Below are positions 32,904 to 44,125 of a stretch of DNA of 64,000 nucleotides, one piece after another (positions within the stretch are counted from its first letter, which is position 1; every line of letters starts with the position of its first letter). The position numbers and the translations under genes are program-made. Under the pieces are notes generated by a model. It did not search any database and was not told where the DNA came from. It saw only the letters and a list, made by a program, of their open reading frames with translations. This stretch comes from an uncultured Methanosarcinaceae archaeon (GTDB lineage: Archaea; Halobacteriota; Methanosarcinia; Methanosarcinales; Methanosarcinaceae): NCBI GenBank assembly GCA_963727895.1, contig CAVSHT010000005.1:32001-96000 (forward strand). The letters are read 5' to 3'.

Positions 32904-35396
32904 TATACTTGTTGGTTGGATAACCTTTGATCAGGGATTGTTAGGTTAACGTATGATAGTCCGTACTGAAAGAAGGGAATGATAAATAATTTTTAGAACT
33001 CAAACAAATTCAAAAGATTTAACTACCTCGTATCCTGATCTAGTTCTGGAAATATCAGCTCGAGGATTGGTAGGTAAAATGGCCCGTATATTTGTATCTT
33101 CTACTTTTAAGGATCTGGAAGAATGTCGGAAAAAAGTAAGTCTTGTACTACGACAGATGGGCCATGAAGGCGTAGCTATGGAATATTTCGTTACAGAAGA
33201 TTAAAGACCGCTTGATAAATGTCTCGACGAAGTAGCTTCTTCAGATCTTTATGTTGGTATTTTTGCCTGGAGATACAGGTACAGACCTCCGGGACAGGAT
33301 AGGTCAATTACGGAGCTTGAATATAGAAAAGCCGTGGAGTGTAGAAAAAATTGTTTGTTATTTTTGCTACACGAAGATGCTCCCTGGCCTCGAAAACTTA
33401 TGGATAAAGGTGATGATGCTTCGAAAATTGAGGGGTTAAAAAGTGAATTTTCTACCAATTGTATAGTCAGTTTCTTTGAATCCCCTGAAGACCTTGCTGG
33501 AAAGGTAGGAACTGCTGTTCATAATTGGGAAAAAGAAACTGGCATATCAATTTCAAAAAATGGAAGGATTAAAGAACTCAATCTCACACAGTACAGAGAA
33601 GCTGTCTCCAAAAGATACTGTAATATTGATCTCGATGCTCTAACTCCACCCAAAAAAGAAGATTATCTAAAGATCAAACTAAGTAGCGTGTTTGTCGAAC
33701 AAAATGTAAGAGAAAACCCGCCACCAGTCGAGCTTCCAAAAAAAATATGGAATAAAATGCATGAGGAATGGGACCCTGAAAAAGAATGTTTTCCAGAGGG
33801 CTTGACCGCAGATGATCTTAAACGCGCAAAAGAATCTTATTATTCAAAGGACTCAAAATCTGTACTCGATGTTGTAAGCGATGAAAGCAACAGATACATA
33901 GTAATTCTTGGAGATCCCGGTGCTGGAAAATCCACACTTACAAACTATATTATTCTATCAATATTACAAATTAACGACGATAAAAAGCTTTCCAGTCTTT
34001 TCAATTCTTATCTTCCCCTAAGAGTCGAACTCAGGGAATTTGCAGGCTTATGTGTAGAAAAAGAATGCAAGACTTTTCTTGACTATTTTCAGCACCTTTC
34101 AGAAACCGAAGGTTACAGTTTAACAAAAGAGGAAGTTGACAACTACCTCAAAAACGACGGTAAAGCAATAATCATCTTTGATGGGCTCGATGAGATTTTT
34201 GATCCCAAGGAATGGGAACGAATAAACCATATGATCGTGGGGTTTACACTTGATTACCCCAAAGTCAGAGTAATTGTAACTTCAAGGATTATAGGCTACA
34301 AACGTAAAATTCTTGATGATGCAGGTTTTGCTCACTTTACTCTTCAAGATTTCGAAAAAGAGCAGATAGGAACCTTCCTTGAGAAGTGGTATCCTTTTGT
34401 TGTTGATAAAAATGAAATTGAAAGCAGAAAATCAAGGATTCTGAGAGCCCTTAAAGATTCCCCTTCAATAAAACAGCTTGCAGGAAACCCTTTATTGCTT
34501 ACAATTCTGGCAATAATAGGCAAACATCAGGAACTTCCTAGGGAAAGATGGAAAGTTTTCGATCATGCTGCCAGTGTTCTTGTAGAAAACTGGGAAGTTA
34601 ACAAAAACCTGAAAAGAAGCTCTGTAGAAATGGATTTCATTGGGGAAGATGACAAAAAAGAGCTTCTTATGAGAATTGCCTTCAAAATGCAGTCCGGTCC
34701 CGATGGACTCGCAGGCAATTTTATTCATAGGAAAACGCTTCAGCAAGAAATTGAAGTTTATCTTCAGAATCGCTACCAAAAAGATCCCTCCGACTCAAAA
34801 GTAATAGCAGAATCGATTATTGACCAGCTAAGAAGAGTAAATTTTATCCTGTGCCTTTATGGAGCTGATTTTTATGGATTTGTCCACCGCACATTTCTTG
34901 AATATTTCTGTGCAATGGATATTGTTCAGAAGTTTGACAACCATGAGCTCAATATTAAAACCCTTAAATCGAATTATTTTGAAAAACACTGGGAAGACCC
35001 AACATGGCATGAAGTCCTGAGCCTTGTATGCGGTATGAAAGAAAAGTTTGCAGACGACATTATAAAATGCTTGATGAATGTATACGATCCCCAGTATTTT
35101 GGCAACAAACCTCCTCTTAATATCGTTTTAGCGATAAAATGTTTGAGCGAAATTCGAAATCCAAATGCAATTGGAGAAACAGCAAAAAAGCTGCTTGAAA
35201 GAGTACTCAAATTATTCGAAATGGTCCGCTGGACACAGGATATAAAGCAATTCCTTGCTGAAGAAGTTGTTCCGGCTGCAAAGCTAGTAGGTGATAGATG
35301 GCCTCATCAAGAGATTATTATTGATCAGTTTTCTCAAAGTCAGGCTTATATGCAATATTACTATTTTACTAGCTCTTCATATATTGATATATATCT

Positions 35397-36133
35397 GGCA
35401 TTGTTACTTAACTATATCTAGTTATTTATTTCTGTATTTCATCAATAGAAGAACCGAGTACTTTAGTATTTCAAGACTCTTCGCATAACACTCTGTCTTT
35501 CTTCTCAACCTTAATAGAAAGTGCCTCAATATGCTGTTATATTCCTCAACTGTAAATGTTTCTGCTTTTGATTTATGACTCTTTTCTGGAAGAAACTCTG
35601 CATATGCTCTCCAGTGATCGGTCATCACTTCTCCAATCTCTTTTTTCTTCAATTTTTCCCAGAGTAGTTTTCCAGTTTCCGTTCCTCTACTACCAAAAGA
35701 GCAGTTGATGAACTTTTTCCCAACTCTATCAACAGCAATCCAGATACAGCAATATTTTTTTTGTTACCGATGTAAGTGTGCATTTCATCCATTTCAACAA
35801 TAGACATCTCACTTTCACTTTTTAGGTTCTCTAACTCCTGATCAAATTTCTTTATCCATTTTTGGACAGAAACGTGACTTACCCCTAAAACTCTTCCTAT
35901 TGAGCGAAAGCCCAATCCTTCAAGATAGAGTTGTAAAGCCTGTCTTTTAACAGAGGCGGAAAAAGCAGTTGATTTTAGCTCTACTGTATAGTTATAGCCA
36001 CAATCAGAGCATTTGTACCGTTGACGCCCGCCAACTATACCGTTCTTTTTGTGACTAGAACTATTGCATCTGGGGCAGTTAATGAAGAAATATATGTTAT
36101 AAGCATATATATCTATTTTTGATTACCAATGCC
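35397..36133 (-). mobile_element. IS1-family element, copy 4 (no TSD, degenerate)
   Basis: Ends GGCATTGTTACTTAAC and GATTACCAATGCC. A8 slippery site, ATT start, small in-frame deletion and early TAA. Flanks ATATATCT and AAAAATAT differ. Confidence 0.92.
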
Positions 36134-36334
36134 AAAAATATATGAGCATATCCCGTGAATTGTTTTGGGAGTGAGTTCTAAATCACAAGAGTTACATGAA
36201 GAAGCACTGAGAAAAATAAAAAATAAGGCATATTCCAGTCTTCTGGGTGTTTTGATCTTAGGAAAATATGAGCCAAAAAACAAAGGCTTATTTTCTCTCT
36301 TTTCAGATCTATCAGCTAAAAGCAGATTTTATTT

Positions 36335-36985
36335 TGTAAGGATGAGGGCAGTTCAGGTACTTGCAAGGAGTTGGCATGACGATCCTGAAACACTCTAGTT
36401 TATAAAAAGGGCAACTGTAGATGAAGATAATGATGTCAGGAAGAGTGCAGTTGAGGAACTTGCATGGGGTTGGCATGACGATCTTGAAACATACAAGATT
36501 ATAAAACAGAGAGCAATGACAGACAAAAATAATGATGTCAGGATGAGTGCAGTCCAGGAGCTTGCAAAGGGCTGGCATGATGATCTTGAAACATACAAGA
36601 TTATAAAACAGAGAGCAATGACAGATAAAAATAATGATGTCAGAATGAGTGCAATTCAGGAATTTGCAAGGGGTTGGCATGATGATCCTGAAACACTAAA
36701 TATTATAAAACAGCTGGCAAAGACAGATAAATATAGTTATGTCAGGAAAAGTGCAGTTGAGGAACTCGCAAGGGGTTGGTATGATGATCCTGAAACACTA
36801 AATATTATAAAACAGAGGGCAACGATAGATGAAAGCTCAAATGTCAGGATGATTGCAGTCCAAGAACTCGCACAGGGTTGGTATGACGATCCTGAAACAC
36901 TAAATATTATTAAAGATCGTGCAATGAATGATGATCATTGGGATGTCAGACAGTCTGTAGTTCAGGAATTGAAAAAATGGTGGAG
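36335..36985 (+). repeat. About 102-bp tandem coding repeats (HEAT-like, 34 aa)
   Basis: Recurrent GTCAGGATGAGTGCAGT...GGTTGGCATGATGATCCTGAAACA units. Confidence 0.85.
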
Positions 36986-37526
36986 TGAAGAGGCAGAAGA
37001 AAACATAGAAGAGAATGTTTTATCTGAAACCATAACAGATCCCTCTATTTCTGAATATGCAAACGTAGAAAATGTTAGTGAATATTTTTCTGGGGATGTA
37101 AAATCTGAAAATATTGAGGTTGATAATGTTCAAACTTCTTTGGACTCAACTGATTGTGATGATGAAAATACGGAAGTAACTGAAAACATTGAAATTCCTG
37201 AGAGAATAGGTGAAGAGAAAGTAAACAATCCTATCCAGGTGAAAAAAATTGCTGAATTAAAAGTGAATAGTGATTCTGACAATGTTGAAACTTTGCTTGT
37301 TTCTGTTTCCAAGCGTGAAAAAGAAAATAACTGAGTTGTGTTCAAATTTGATTTGATTATTCAAGTAGGGGTCCAATATGGAAAAAAAGATAGCCTGAAC
37401 TCTATTCCTTTCCTCTACTTCTGAAATCAAACTTTTCACAAACCAATATTTAGAATAATTGTTTCAAAAGCAATTTGAATCTGAATTACATACTTTCCAT
37501 ATCAAAAATAATGAGGTGATATGAAT

Positions 37527-37688
37527 ATGAACTGCGGAGATTTGAAAATAGGGCAGACTCTTCATTGTGATGCTTGTGGTTTTGAACTTCAGGTAGTAAA
37601 GGAGTGTGGAGATGCATCCTGCTCTACTGACACCTGCTGTACAGGCAACGTAACGTGCTGCGGAGAACCAATGAAATTAAAACAATAA
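37527..37688 (+). CDS. 53-aa Cys-rich desulforedoxin-like microprotein (not in ORF track)
   Basis: GAGGTGA RBS at 37513-37519. MNCGDLKIGQTLHCDACGFELQVVKECGDASCSTDTCCTGNVTCCGEPMKLKQ. Confidence 0.85.
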   Translation: MNCGDLKIGQTLHCDACGFELQVVKECGDASCSTDTCCTGNVTCCGEPMKLKQ

Positions 37689-38220
37689 GCTTTGCAAACA
37701 AACGGTTCTGTAGAAATCCTCAATATTCAGGCAAAAATCAAAGTTAACAAGAATTCAAAAAGTATTAAAAGTATTATCACTGATTGGATAGATTTGCCGG
37801 TTTCAACTTGCTGACAGTGAATTTGATAGGTTTTCTATAGAACCTGTTTAGGGAAAAATATGACAGTGTTCTAAATTAATACTAAGGTGTTCAAAATTTT
37901 CTACAAATTTAAAGTCAAAATCTTGTGTACTTAGCATGATTCGGTCCTCTTAATATTGAATTCTTAAACCATCAACTTTTTAAGATTTCTAATTTTACAG
38001 AAAAATTGGCACACTTCTATTTTTAAGCTACTAACTTATTAATAGGTATACTCTTACGAAACTTTCTCTACTTAGTTAACAAATTAAAATTATTTAATAA
38101 AAATAGAATAATGTTATTTTTTATTTTCAATGTTTTTCATACAAGGATAATATTTTGTAATATCATGTTTTTAATTCTTTTTCATTACAATAGTTAAGAA
38201 TTTACCTGTTGAGGTTTGAA

Positions 38221-39713
38221 ATGAAAGAAATAAAACATGATAAAATATACAGAGGTAATATCTTCATTTTAGAAATAATATTATTGGCATTTTTAATGGT
38301 AATAAATATAGCAGACGCAGCACCATATGCATATATTGCAAACCAGGGTGATAACACTGTTTCTGTAATTGATACTGCAAACGACGCTGTTACAGCTACC
38401 ATACCTGTAGGAAATGGTCCTCTTGCAGTTGCAATAAGTCCAGACGGAAAAAAGGCATATGTGGCGAATTATCAAAGCGATACCATATCAGTAATTGATA
38501 CAGCCACTAATACTGTTACTTCTACAGTGACAGTAGGAGATAATCCTTATGGAATAGCAGTTTCTCCAGATGGAGAAAGACTATATGTTGCAAAAATGAA
38601 CAGTGACGCCATTTCTGTAATTGACACTACGACAAACGCTATTATAGCCACAGTGAAAACAAATGGTAGTCCCAGGGGAATTGCAGTCAGTCCAGATGGA
38701 TCTAAAGTATATGTAGCGAACTATAACAGTGCCTGTATTTCCGTAATTAGTACTGAAACAAACACTGTTACATCTACAGTAGATGTAGGAAATTATCCTT
38801 GTGGAATTGCAATCAGTCCAGATGGATCTAAAATATATGTAACAAACACCTACGATGATGACACAGTATATGTCATTGATACAGCAACTAATAGTGTTGT
38901 AGGCACTATACCGGTGGGGTCCAGACCTCTTGGAATTGCAGTCAGTCCAGATGGATCTAAAGTACATGTAGCGAATAATGGAGGCAATACTACTTCTATA
39001 ATTGATACAACCACTGATACTGTTACAGCTACTGTGAATATAGGATATGCACCTGAAGGAATTGCAGTTACTCCAAATGGGTCTAAAGTATATGTAACGA
39101 ATTATGGAAGCAATAACGTCTATGTAATTAATACAGATAATAATAACGTTATATCCAGAATCAGTGTTGGAAAACGTCCAATCTCCATTGGGAAGTTTAT
39201 AAGTCCACTAACAGTATCGGTACTTCCTGTTGCAAACTTCAGTGCTAACATAACTAGTGGTACTGTTCCTTTAACGGTACAGTTTACAGATATTTCTGAA
39301 AATTCAACGTCATGGAGCTGGGACTTTGGAGATGGTACATTTTCAACCCAAAAAGATCCTGTACACACGTATAGTAAGGCAGGAAAATACACTGTGAGTT
39401 TAACGGTCACAAATAACGTAGGGAGCAATACGGCAACAAAAACCAGCTATATTATTGTGACTGATTTAACAGCTCCAATTGCTGCTTTTTCTGCATCTCC
39501 AACATCAGGCAGTGCTCCATTAAAAGTGAAATTTACTGACAAAAGCACAGGGTCACCTACTTCATGGAGATGGAGCTTTGGAGATGGAGCAGTAAAATCT
39601 TCACAAAATCCAATACATACATATTCACAGGCGGGAACTTACACGGTAAAGCTTACAGTAACAAATTCAGCAGGCAGTAATACGACAATAAGTTCTGTTA
39701 CCGTTAAATCTCC
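38221..39713 (+). pseudogene. YVTN beta-propeller plus two PKD domains, cell-surface protein cut at the 3' end by IS6
   Basis: Signal peptide, seven GIAVSPDGSKVYV(A/T)N blades and two WxFGDG PKD domains. The ORF runs into the IS6 TIR at 39714 and stops inside it at 39834. Confidence 0.88.
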
Positions 39714-40570
39714 GGTTCTGTTGCAAAAAATCATAATAAGGATTCAATTGAATAAGGAGAAAATCAATAGAACGATAATATGCTATCTAATTCCTTTAAG
39801 TGGAAACATTACGAAGGAGAAATTATTTTATTGAATGTTAGATGGTACTTAAAATACCCACTTAGTTATAGAAATTTAAAGGAAATGATGGCAGAAAGAG
39901 GGATAATAGTCAACCATACAACTATTATGAGATGGGTACATCAATATTCACCTGAAATCGAAAAGAAGGTCAGAAGGCATTTAAGACCAACAAACGACTC
40001 TTGGAGAGTTGATGAAACTTATATCAGAGTTAAAGGTGAATGGAAATATTTTTACCGAGCAGTTGACTCAAATGGAGATACAATTGATTTCATGTTAAGT
40101 GCAAAACGAGATCAAAAAGCAGCAAAACGTTTCTTTAAGAAAGCTTTGAATTCTAATCATAATCAAATTCCAAGAGTAATCACAGTTGATAAAAATCCAG
40201 CTTATCCACCTGCTATAGATAAACTGAAAAATGATAAAATACTACCTATAAACGTAGGCATTCGACAAATCAAGTATTTGAATAACATTATAGAACAAGA
40301 TCATAGATCCATTAAACGAATAGTTAATCCAATGTTAGGATTTCAGTCTTTTAACACAGCTATTAAGACTTTAAAAGGAATTGAAGCTATGAATATGATT
40401 AAAAAAGGACAAATCAAAAACCTAAATTACTCTGGCTTTAATGAAGCTAAATATATTAATCAATTATTTGGAATAGTTCTATAATATTGACACATCTTTT
40501 TGAATATTTGTACTTTTGTTTATTGATTATGGATTTACATGCTTATTCTGAGATTTTTTGCAACGGAACC
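39714..40570 (+). mobile_element. IS6-family element, copy B (857 bp, no TSD)
   Basis: Same TIRs as copy A; flanks AAATCTCC and GTATTTCC differ. Confidence 0.96.
39780..40484 (+). CDS. IS6-family transposase
   Basis: 234 aa; differs from copies A and C only within the first ~90 residues. Confidence 0.96.
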   Translation: MLSNSFKWKHYEGEIILLNVRWYLKYPLSYRNLKEMMAERGIIVNHTTIMRWVHQYSPEIEKKVRRHLRPTNDSWRVDETYIRVKGEWKYFYRAVDSNGDTIDFMLSAKRDQKAAKRFFKKALNSNHNQIPRVITVDKNPAYPPAIDKLKNDKILPINVGIRQIKYLNNIIEQDHRSIKRIVNPMLGFQSFNTAIKTLKGIEAMNMIKKGQIKNLNYSGFNEAKYINQLFGIVL

Positions 40571-40638
40571 GTATTTCCTCCAATATCAATTTCAACTTCT
40601 TTGCCCAGATAATACTTTTCAATGAACTCCTGCTCCAT
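40571..40638 (-). pseudogene. 5' stub of a small gene truncated by IS6
   Basis: GAGG RBS, then ATG 40638 MEQEFIEKYYLGKEVEIDIGGN running into the IS end. Resembles small MM0924-like methanogen proteins. Confidence 0.6.
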
Positions 40639-41269
40639 TTTCCTCAACTCCCAATCTTACATTTACAGATAAATCCAGAGAAAAACAATTTTCAGGACAT
40701 ACGTTAAACTAATTAACTATCTCCTGAAAGCCACATGTGTTGGCATGTTTTCGAGAGAATATTTTTACATATAACTTCGTCGGAATGCAATATATATGCT
40801 AGCGTTAGATAGAACATCTGAATGTATCGATAAATACATTTACTTTTTAAAAGTGGTATACTTACCCTGTTTTAAGAGTAAAGTAAAAATGGGTTTGCAC
40901 TCCGCCCGGTGTCTGTTTTTCAGGGTTTTAGCTGTGTTTTTATCGCGATGGTTTATTTGTATTCATATCGCCAAAATATGCACAAAGAAACTTATTATTA
41001 TATGTACTTCTCTATAATTCTAAAATAATGTTACTTCAATAAATCATCTTTATTTATATATTAATAAATAAGAGGAAAATTTTGACAATATTCATTGGGA
41101 ATGGTTTGTACAAGGTTTTTTGGGTATCATTTCTTCTTTTGCTGAAAGTATTATAACTATAATAGCTGTTCCCAATAAGATAATAATATTTTGCGAATGG
41201 GTAACACACGGAGATAGAAAAGGAAAAATTACCCATTCGCATTTTTATGGTGTAAATGACGTGCGCTTG

Positions 41270-41425
41270 TTAAGCGCTTCATCGTGATGTTTGATGGTAG
41301 GCAAAGGCAGAGACTGGAGAACTGCCCACATAGTTATTATGCCTTGTGGTGTTTTAGGTGGGGAGTGCCCCTGAACCCACCTATTTCTTTTTAAAACACC
41401 TGTTGATAGAAGGTCACACATGACT
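41270..41425. ncRNA. Candidate structured intergenic RNA
   Basis: GC-richer island with stems GCGCTT/AAGCGC, GGCAG/CTGCC, and nested GGTGTTTTA/TAAAACACC plus AGGTGGG/CCCACCT. Confidence 0.4.
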
Positions 41426-41589
41426 CATACAATATATGTATATTTATTAGTATATATTTAAAGATTATCTTATTAATATTTAAACTTGTTTTTATTTACT
41501 TCAATCTACATATTTTATGTTCTTTACTTGATGACGTTAGAGACGATACTCATAGATAAATCGATTTTCAGCTATTTTTTGTATTAGCC

Positions 41590-42498
41590 CTAAGGTGACA
41601 ATAATATAGCTAAATGGGACAGAGCTTCAAAACCTGAAACAACTTCGAACAGCTCTTCATCAATACCGCTCTGTCGCACACGGTAGTATTCTCCACTTAG
41701 ATAATCGAGCAACTCATCGATATTTTTATCGGCTCTCTGCATTGATGCAAGACGACTAGAGTTTTCACTTGCAAGAGATTCGGCACATGCTCTAAAAAGT
41801 GAAACGAAAAGATACTCATGGATAAGTGCTCGCAAAGTCTCTGTGATATCACCCATAACTTCAGGTAGCAAGTTTTTGGTCGGCCAGGAAAGCTTGGTCA
41901 GGTCATCTCTCCAGGTTTCATCAAATGGTAATAACCGTTGACTAACTGGTTCGTAGGTAACTCTGGTTTTATGTCGGTTATAATAAAGATAAAGTTCGGC
42001 ATCTTCATCCTGAATGCGAAGTTTTTCATTTTCCACAAGAATTTGCGCGATAAGTGGAGTGATAGCTCTAACAGAATTTGGCACATTATAAAGTCCAATA
42101 GGTTTCAATCCTTTTTCTACCAGGCGTGAATAAATACGTTCCCCAACAGCCCAAACCTGAACTTTACCTGAAAAAGCTTCTAGTTCTTTCACAGCATAAT
42201 CAGTTATTATGTCATTAAACTGACCAACAAGCCCCTGGTCTGAACCGAAAACGACAGCTCCAATGAGACGTGAATTTTTTTGTCTTTTTTCTTCTGTCGG
42301 AGCAGGCATGAGTGCAATTTTTCGAAAACATAAACCCAAACCCAGTTCTACTGTGTTATAATAATCAGATAACGCACTAACTGATTTTTCATATTGTCCT
42401 ATGTTCGAGGCTGCCAGAGCTTTCATTGTACGGACGACAGACTGAAGATCTTTTGCTCTATCGATCTTTGTTCGCAGGCTCTGTACGGTTTCGCTCAT
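41590..42498 (-). CDS. atpG: F0F1 (N-type) ATP synthase gamma subunit
   Basis: [34 protein letters not shown] and [15 protein letters not shown]. Confidence 0.96.
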   Translation of the reverse strand: MSETVQSLRTKIDRAKDLQSVVRTMKALAASNIGQYEKSVSALSDYYNTVELGLGLCFRKIALMPAPTEEKRQKNSRLIGAVVFGSDQGLVGQFNDIITDYAVKELEAFSGKVQVWAVGERIYSRLVEKGLKPIGLYNVPNSVRAITPLIAQILVENEKLRIQDEDAELYLYYNRHKTRVTYEPVSQRLLPFDETWRDDLTKLSWPTKNLLPEVMGDITETLRALIHEYLFVSLFRACAESLASENSSRLASMQRADKNIDELLDYLSGEYYRVRQSGIDEELFEVVSGFEALSHLAILLSP

Positions 42499-44066
42499 GA
42501 TTTCTCCTTAACTTCTGGCTTAGATTCAAATTCAGGCATTGGCTGGTAATGTACCAATGCTTGGCTGGCAATGTCGAGAATAATTTCGAGATCTTTGTCG
42601 CTCAATTTTTTATTTTCTTTAAACCGATCAAGCACATCTGAAGGAATATTTGGCACTGCTTTACGAAGGGATATTTCAGCGTCTTCCATTTTTTCAAGTG
42701 GAACATTATCGAAGAGTTTTGCATTCAATGCAACAAGGATAACAATCTGATCGAGCACGGGTACCGGAGAGTTTTGAGGCTGTTTTAAAATTGCACGGAT
42801 CCGTCTCCCATGCTCAATGACTTTACGTGTATTTTCGTCAAGCCTTGCTCCGAATCGGGTAAAAGATTCCAGTTCTTCAAATTGTGAATAGGCAAGTTTG
42901 AGGTCTCCAGCTACTGCTCTATAGGCATCAAGCTGTGCTTTACCGCCTACACGAGATACGGATTTTCCTACATCGACTGCAGGTAATACACCCAGTTCAA
43001 AAAGCGAGGGTGAAAGGTAAATCTGCCCGTCCGTAATTGAAATCAGATTCGTTGGGATATAAGCGGAAATATTTTGTGCTTCGGTTTCGACAATAGGAAG
43101 GGCAGTTAATGAACCACCACCAAGTTCTTTAAGCAAGTGAGTAGACCGCTCAAGCAGCCGTGAATGAATATAAAAGATGTCGCCAGGGTAAGCTTCTCGT
43201 CCAGGAGGACGACGAAGTAAAAGAGAAAGTTCTCGATATGCACGTGCATGATTGGTTAAATCATCGTAAACAATAAGCACGTCTCGACCTGCTTCCATAA
43301 AATACTCTGCAATGCTGGTTGCAGCATAAGGAGCGATATATATCAGTCCAGAGGGGTCATTGCCTTCAGTTACAACAACAACTGTATAGTCCAATGCACC
43401 TCTTTCCCTCAAAGTTGCCACTGCTCTGGCAACGGCAGATGCACGCTGACCAATAGCACAATAAACGCACAGGATGTTAAAATTTCGCTGGTTGAGGATA
43501 GTATCAATTGCAATTGCAGTTTTACCAGTCTGGCGGTCCCCTAAAATCAATTCTCTCTGACCACGTCCAATCGGGATTAACGCATCAATAACTTTGATAC
43601 CTGTCTGAAGAGGTACAGTAACAGGAGATCGATCCATAATTGCCGGACTGGAACGTTCGATAGGCAAACGCTTACTGGAAACTACTGGTCCTTTGTCATC
43701 AAGTGGACGTCCGAGTGGGTCAATAACTCTTCCAATCAATTCTTCACCTACAGCAACATCCATAACCCGTCGAGTGCGTTCAACCTGATCTCCTGCATGC
43801 AGATGTGAATATTCACCCAGTAGAACGGTGCCTATTTCTTTTTCATCAACATTAAACGCAATTCCAAACAAATCACCTGGAAACTTTATCAATTCATCGA
43901 AACCTACATTCGGAAGACCAGAAACATTTGCAATCCCTGTAGAAACTGTCAAAATCCTGCCTATCTCCTGAGGAGTAAACTCTGGAGTAAATGTTTTCCG
44001 TGCCTCCTGGATTTCATTAAAAACGTTGTCGAATATATCCTTAAGACTTTTAGGTTCCATATCCAT
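42495..44066 (-). CDS. atpA: F0F1 (N-type) ATP synthase alpha subunit
   Basis: [29 protein letters not shown] and [11 protein letters not shown]. Confidence 0.98.
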   Translation of the reverse strand: MDMEPKSLKDIFDNVFNEIQEARKTFTPEFTPQEIGRILTVSTGIANVSGLPNVGFDELIKFPGDLFGIAFNVDEKEIGTVLLGEYSHLHAGDQVERTRRVMDVAVGEELIGRVIDPLGRPLDDKGPVVSSKRLPIERSSPAIMDRSPVTVPLQTGIKVIDALIPIGRGQRELILGDRQTGKTAIAIDTILNQRNFNILCVYCAIGQRASAVARAVATLRERGALDYTVVVVTEGNDPSGLIYIAPYAATSIAEYFMEAGRDVLIVYDDLTNHARAYRELSLLLRRPPGREAYPGDIFYIHSRLLERSTHLLKELGGGSLTALPIVETEAQNISAYIPTNLISITDGQIYLSPSLFELGVLPAVDVGKSVSRVGGKAQLDAYRAVAGDLKLAYSQFEELESFTRFGARLDENTRKVIEHGRRIRAILKQPQNSPVPVLDQIVILVALNAKLFDNVPLEKMEDAEISLRKAVPNIPSDVLDRFKENKKLSDKDLEIILDIASQALVHYQPMPEFESKPEVKEKS

Positions 44067-44125
44067 CGGCTCTTTAAGTAGGCCCTGATTTAGGATTAAT
44101 CTCCTGTTTAGCCACAGGTTCTGAC

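Larger units (their letters stand above)
33079..37334 (+). pseudogene. DUF4062-NACHT-HEAT repeat (NLR-like) gene disrupted by TAA, IS1, TGA and TAG
   Basis: ATG 33079 MARIFVSSTFKDLEECR... (DUF4062) with in-frame TAA at 33202. Walker A GDPGAGKST, IIFDGLDE, VIVTSR, GNPLLL and FVHRTFLEYF. IS1 at 35397. About six 34-aa VRxSAVQELAxGWHDDPET repeats follow, with TAG at 36396. Confidence 0.9.

Noticed and set aside
33202..33204. Pyrrolysine or selenocysteine recoding of the stop in the DUF4062 domain
   Set aside because: The codon is TAA, which is not recoded.
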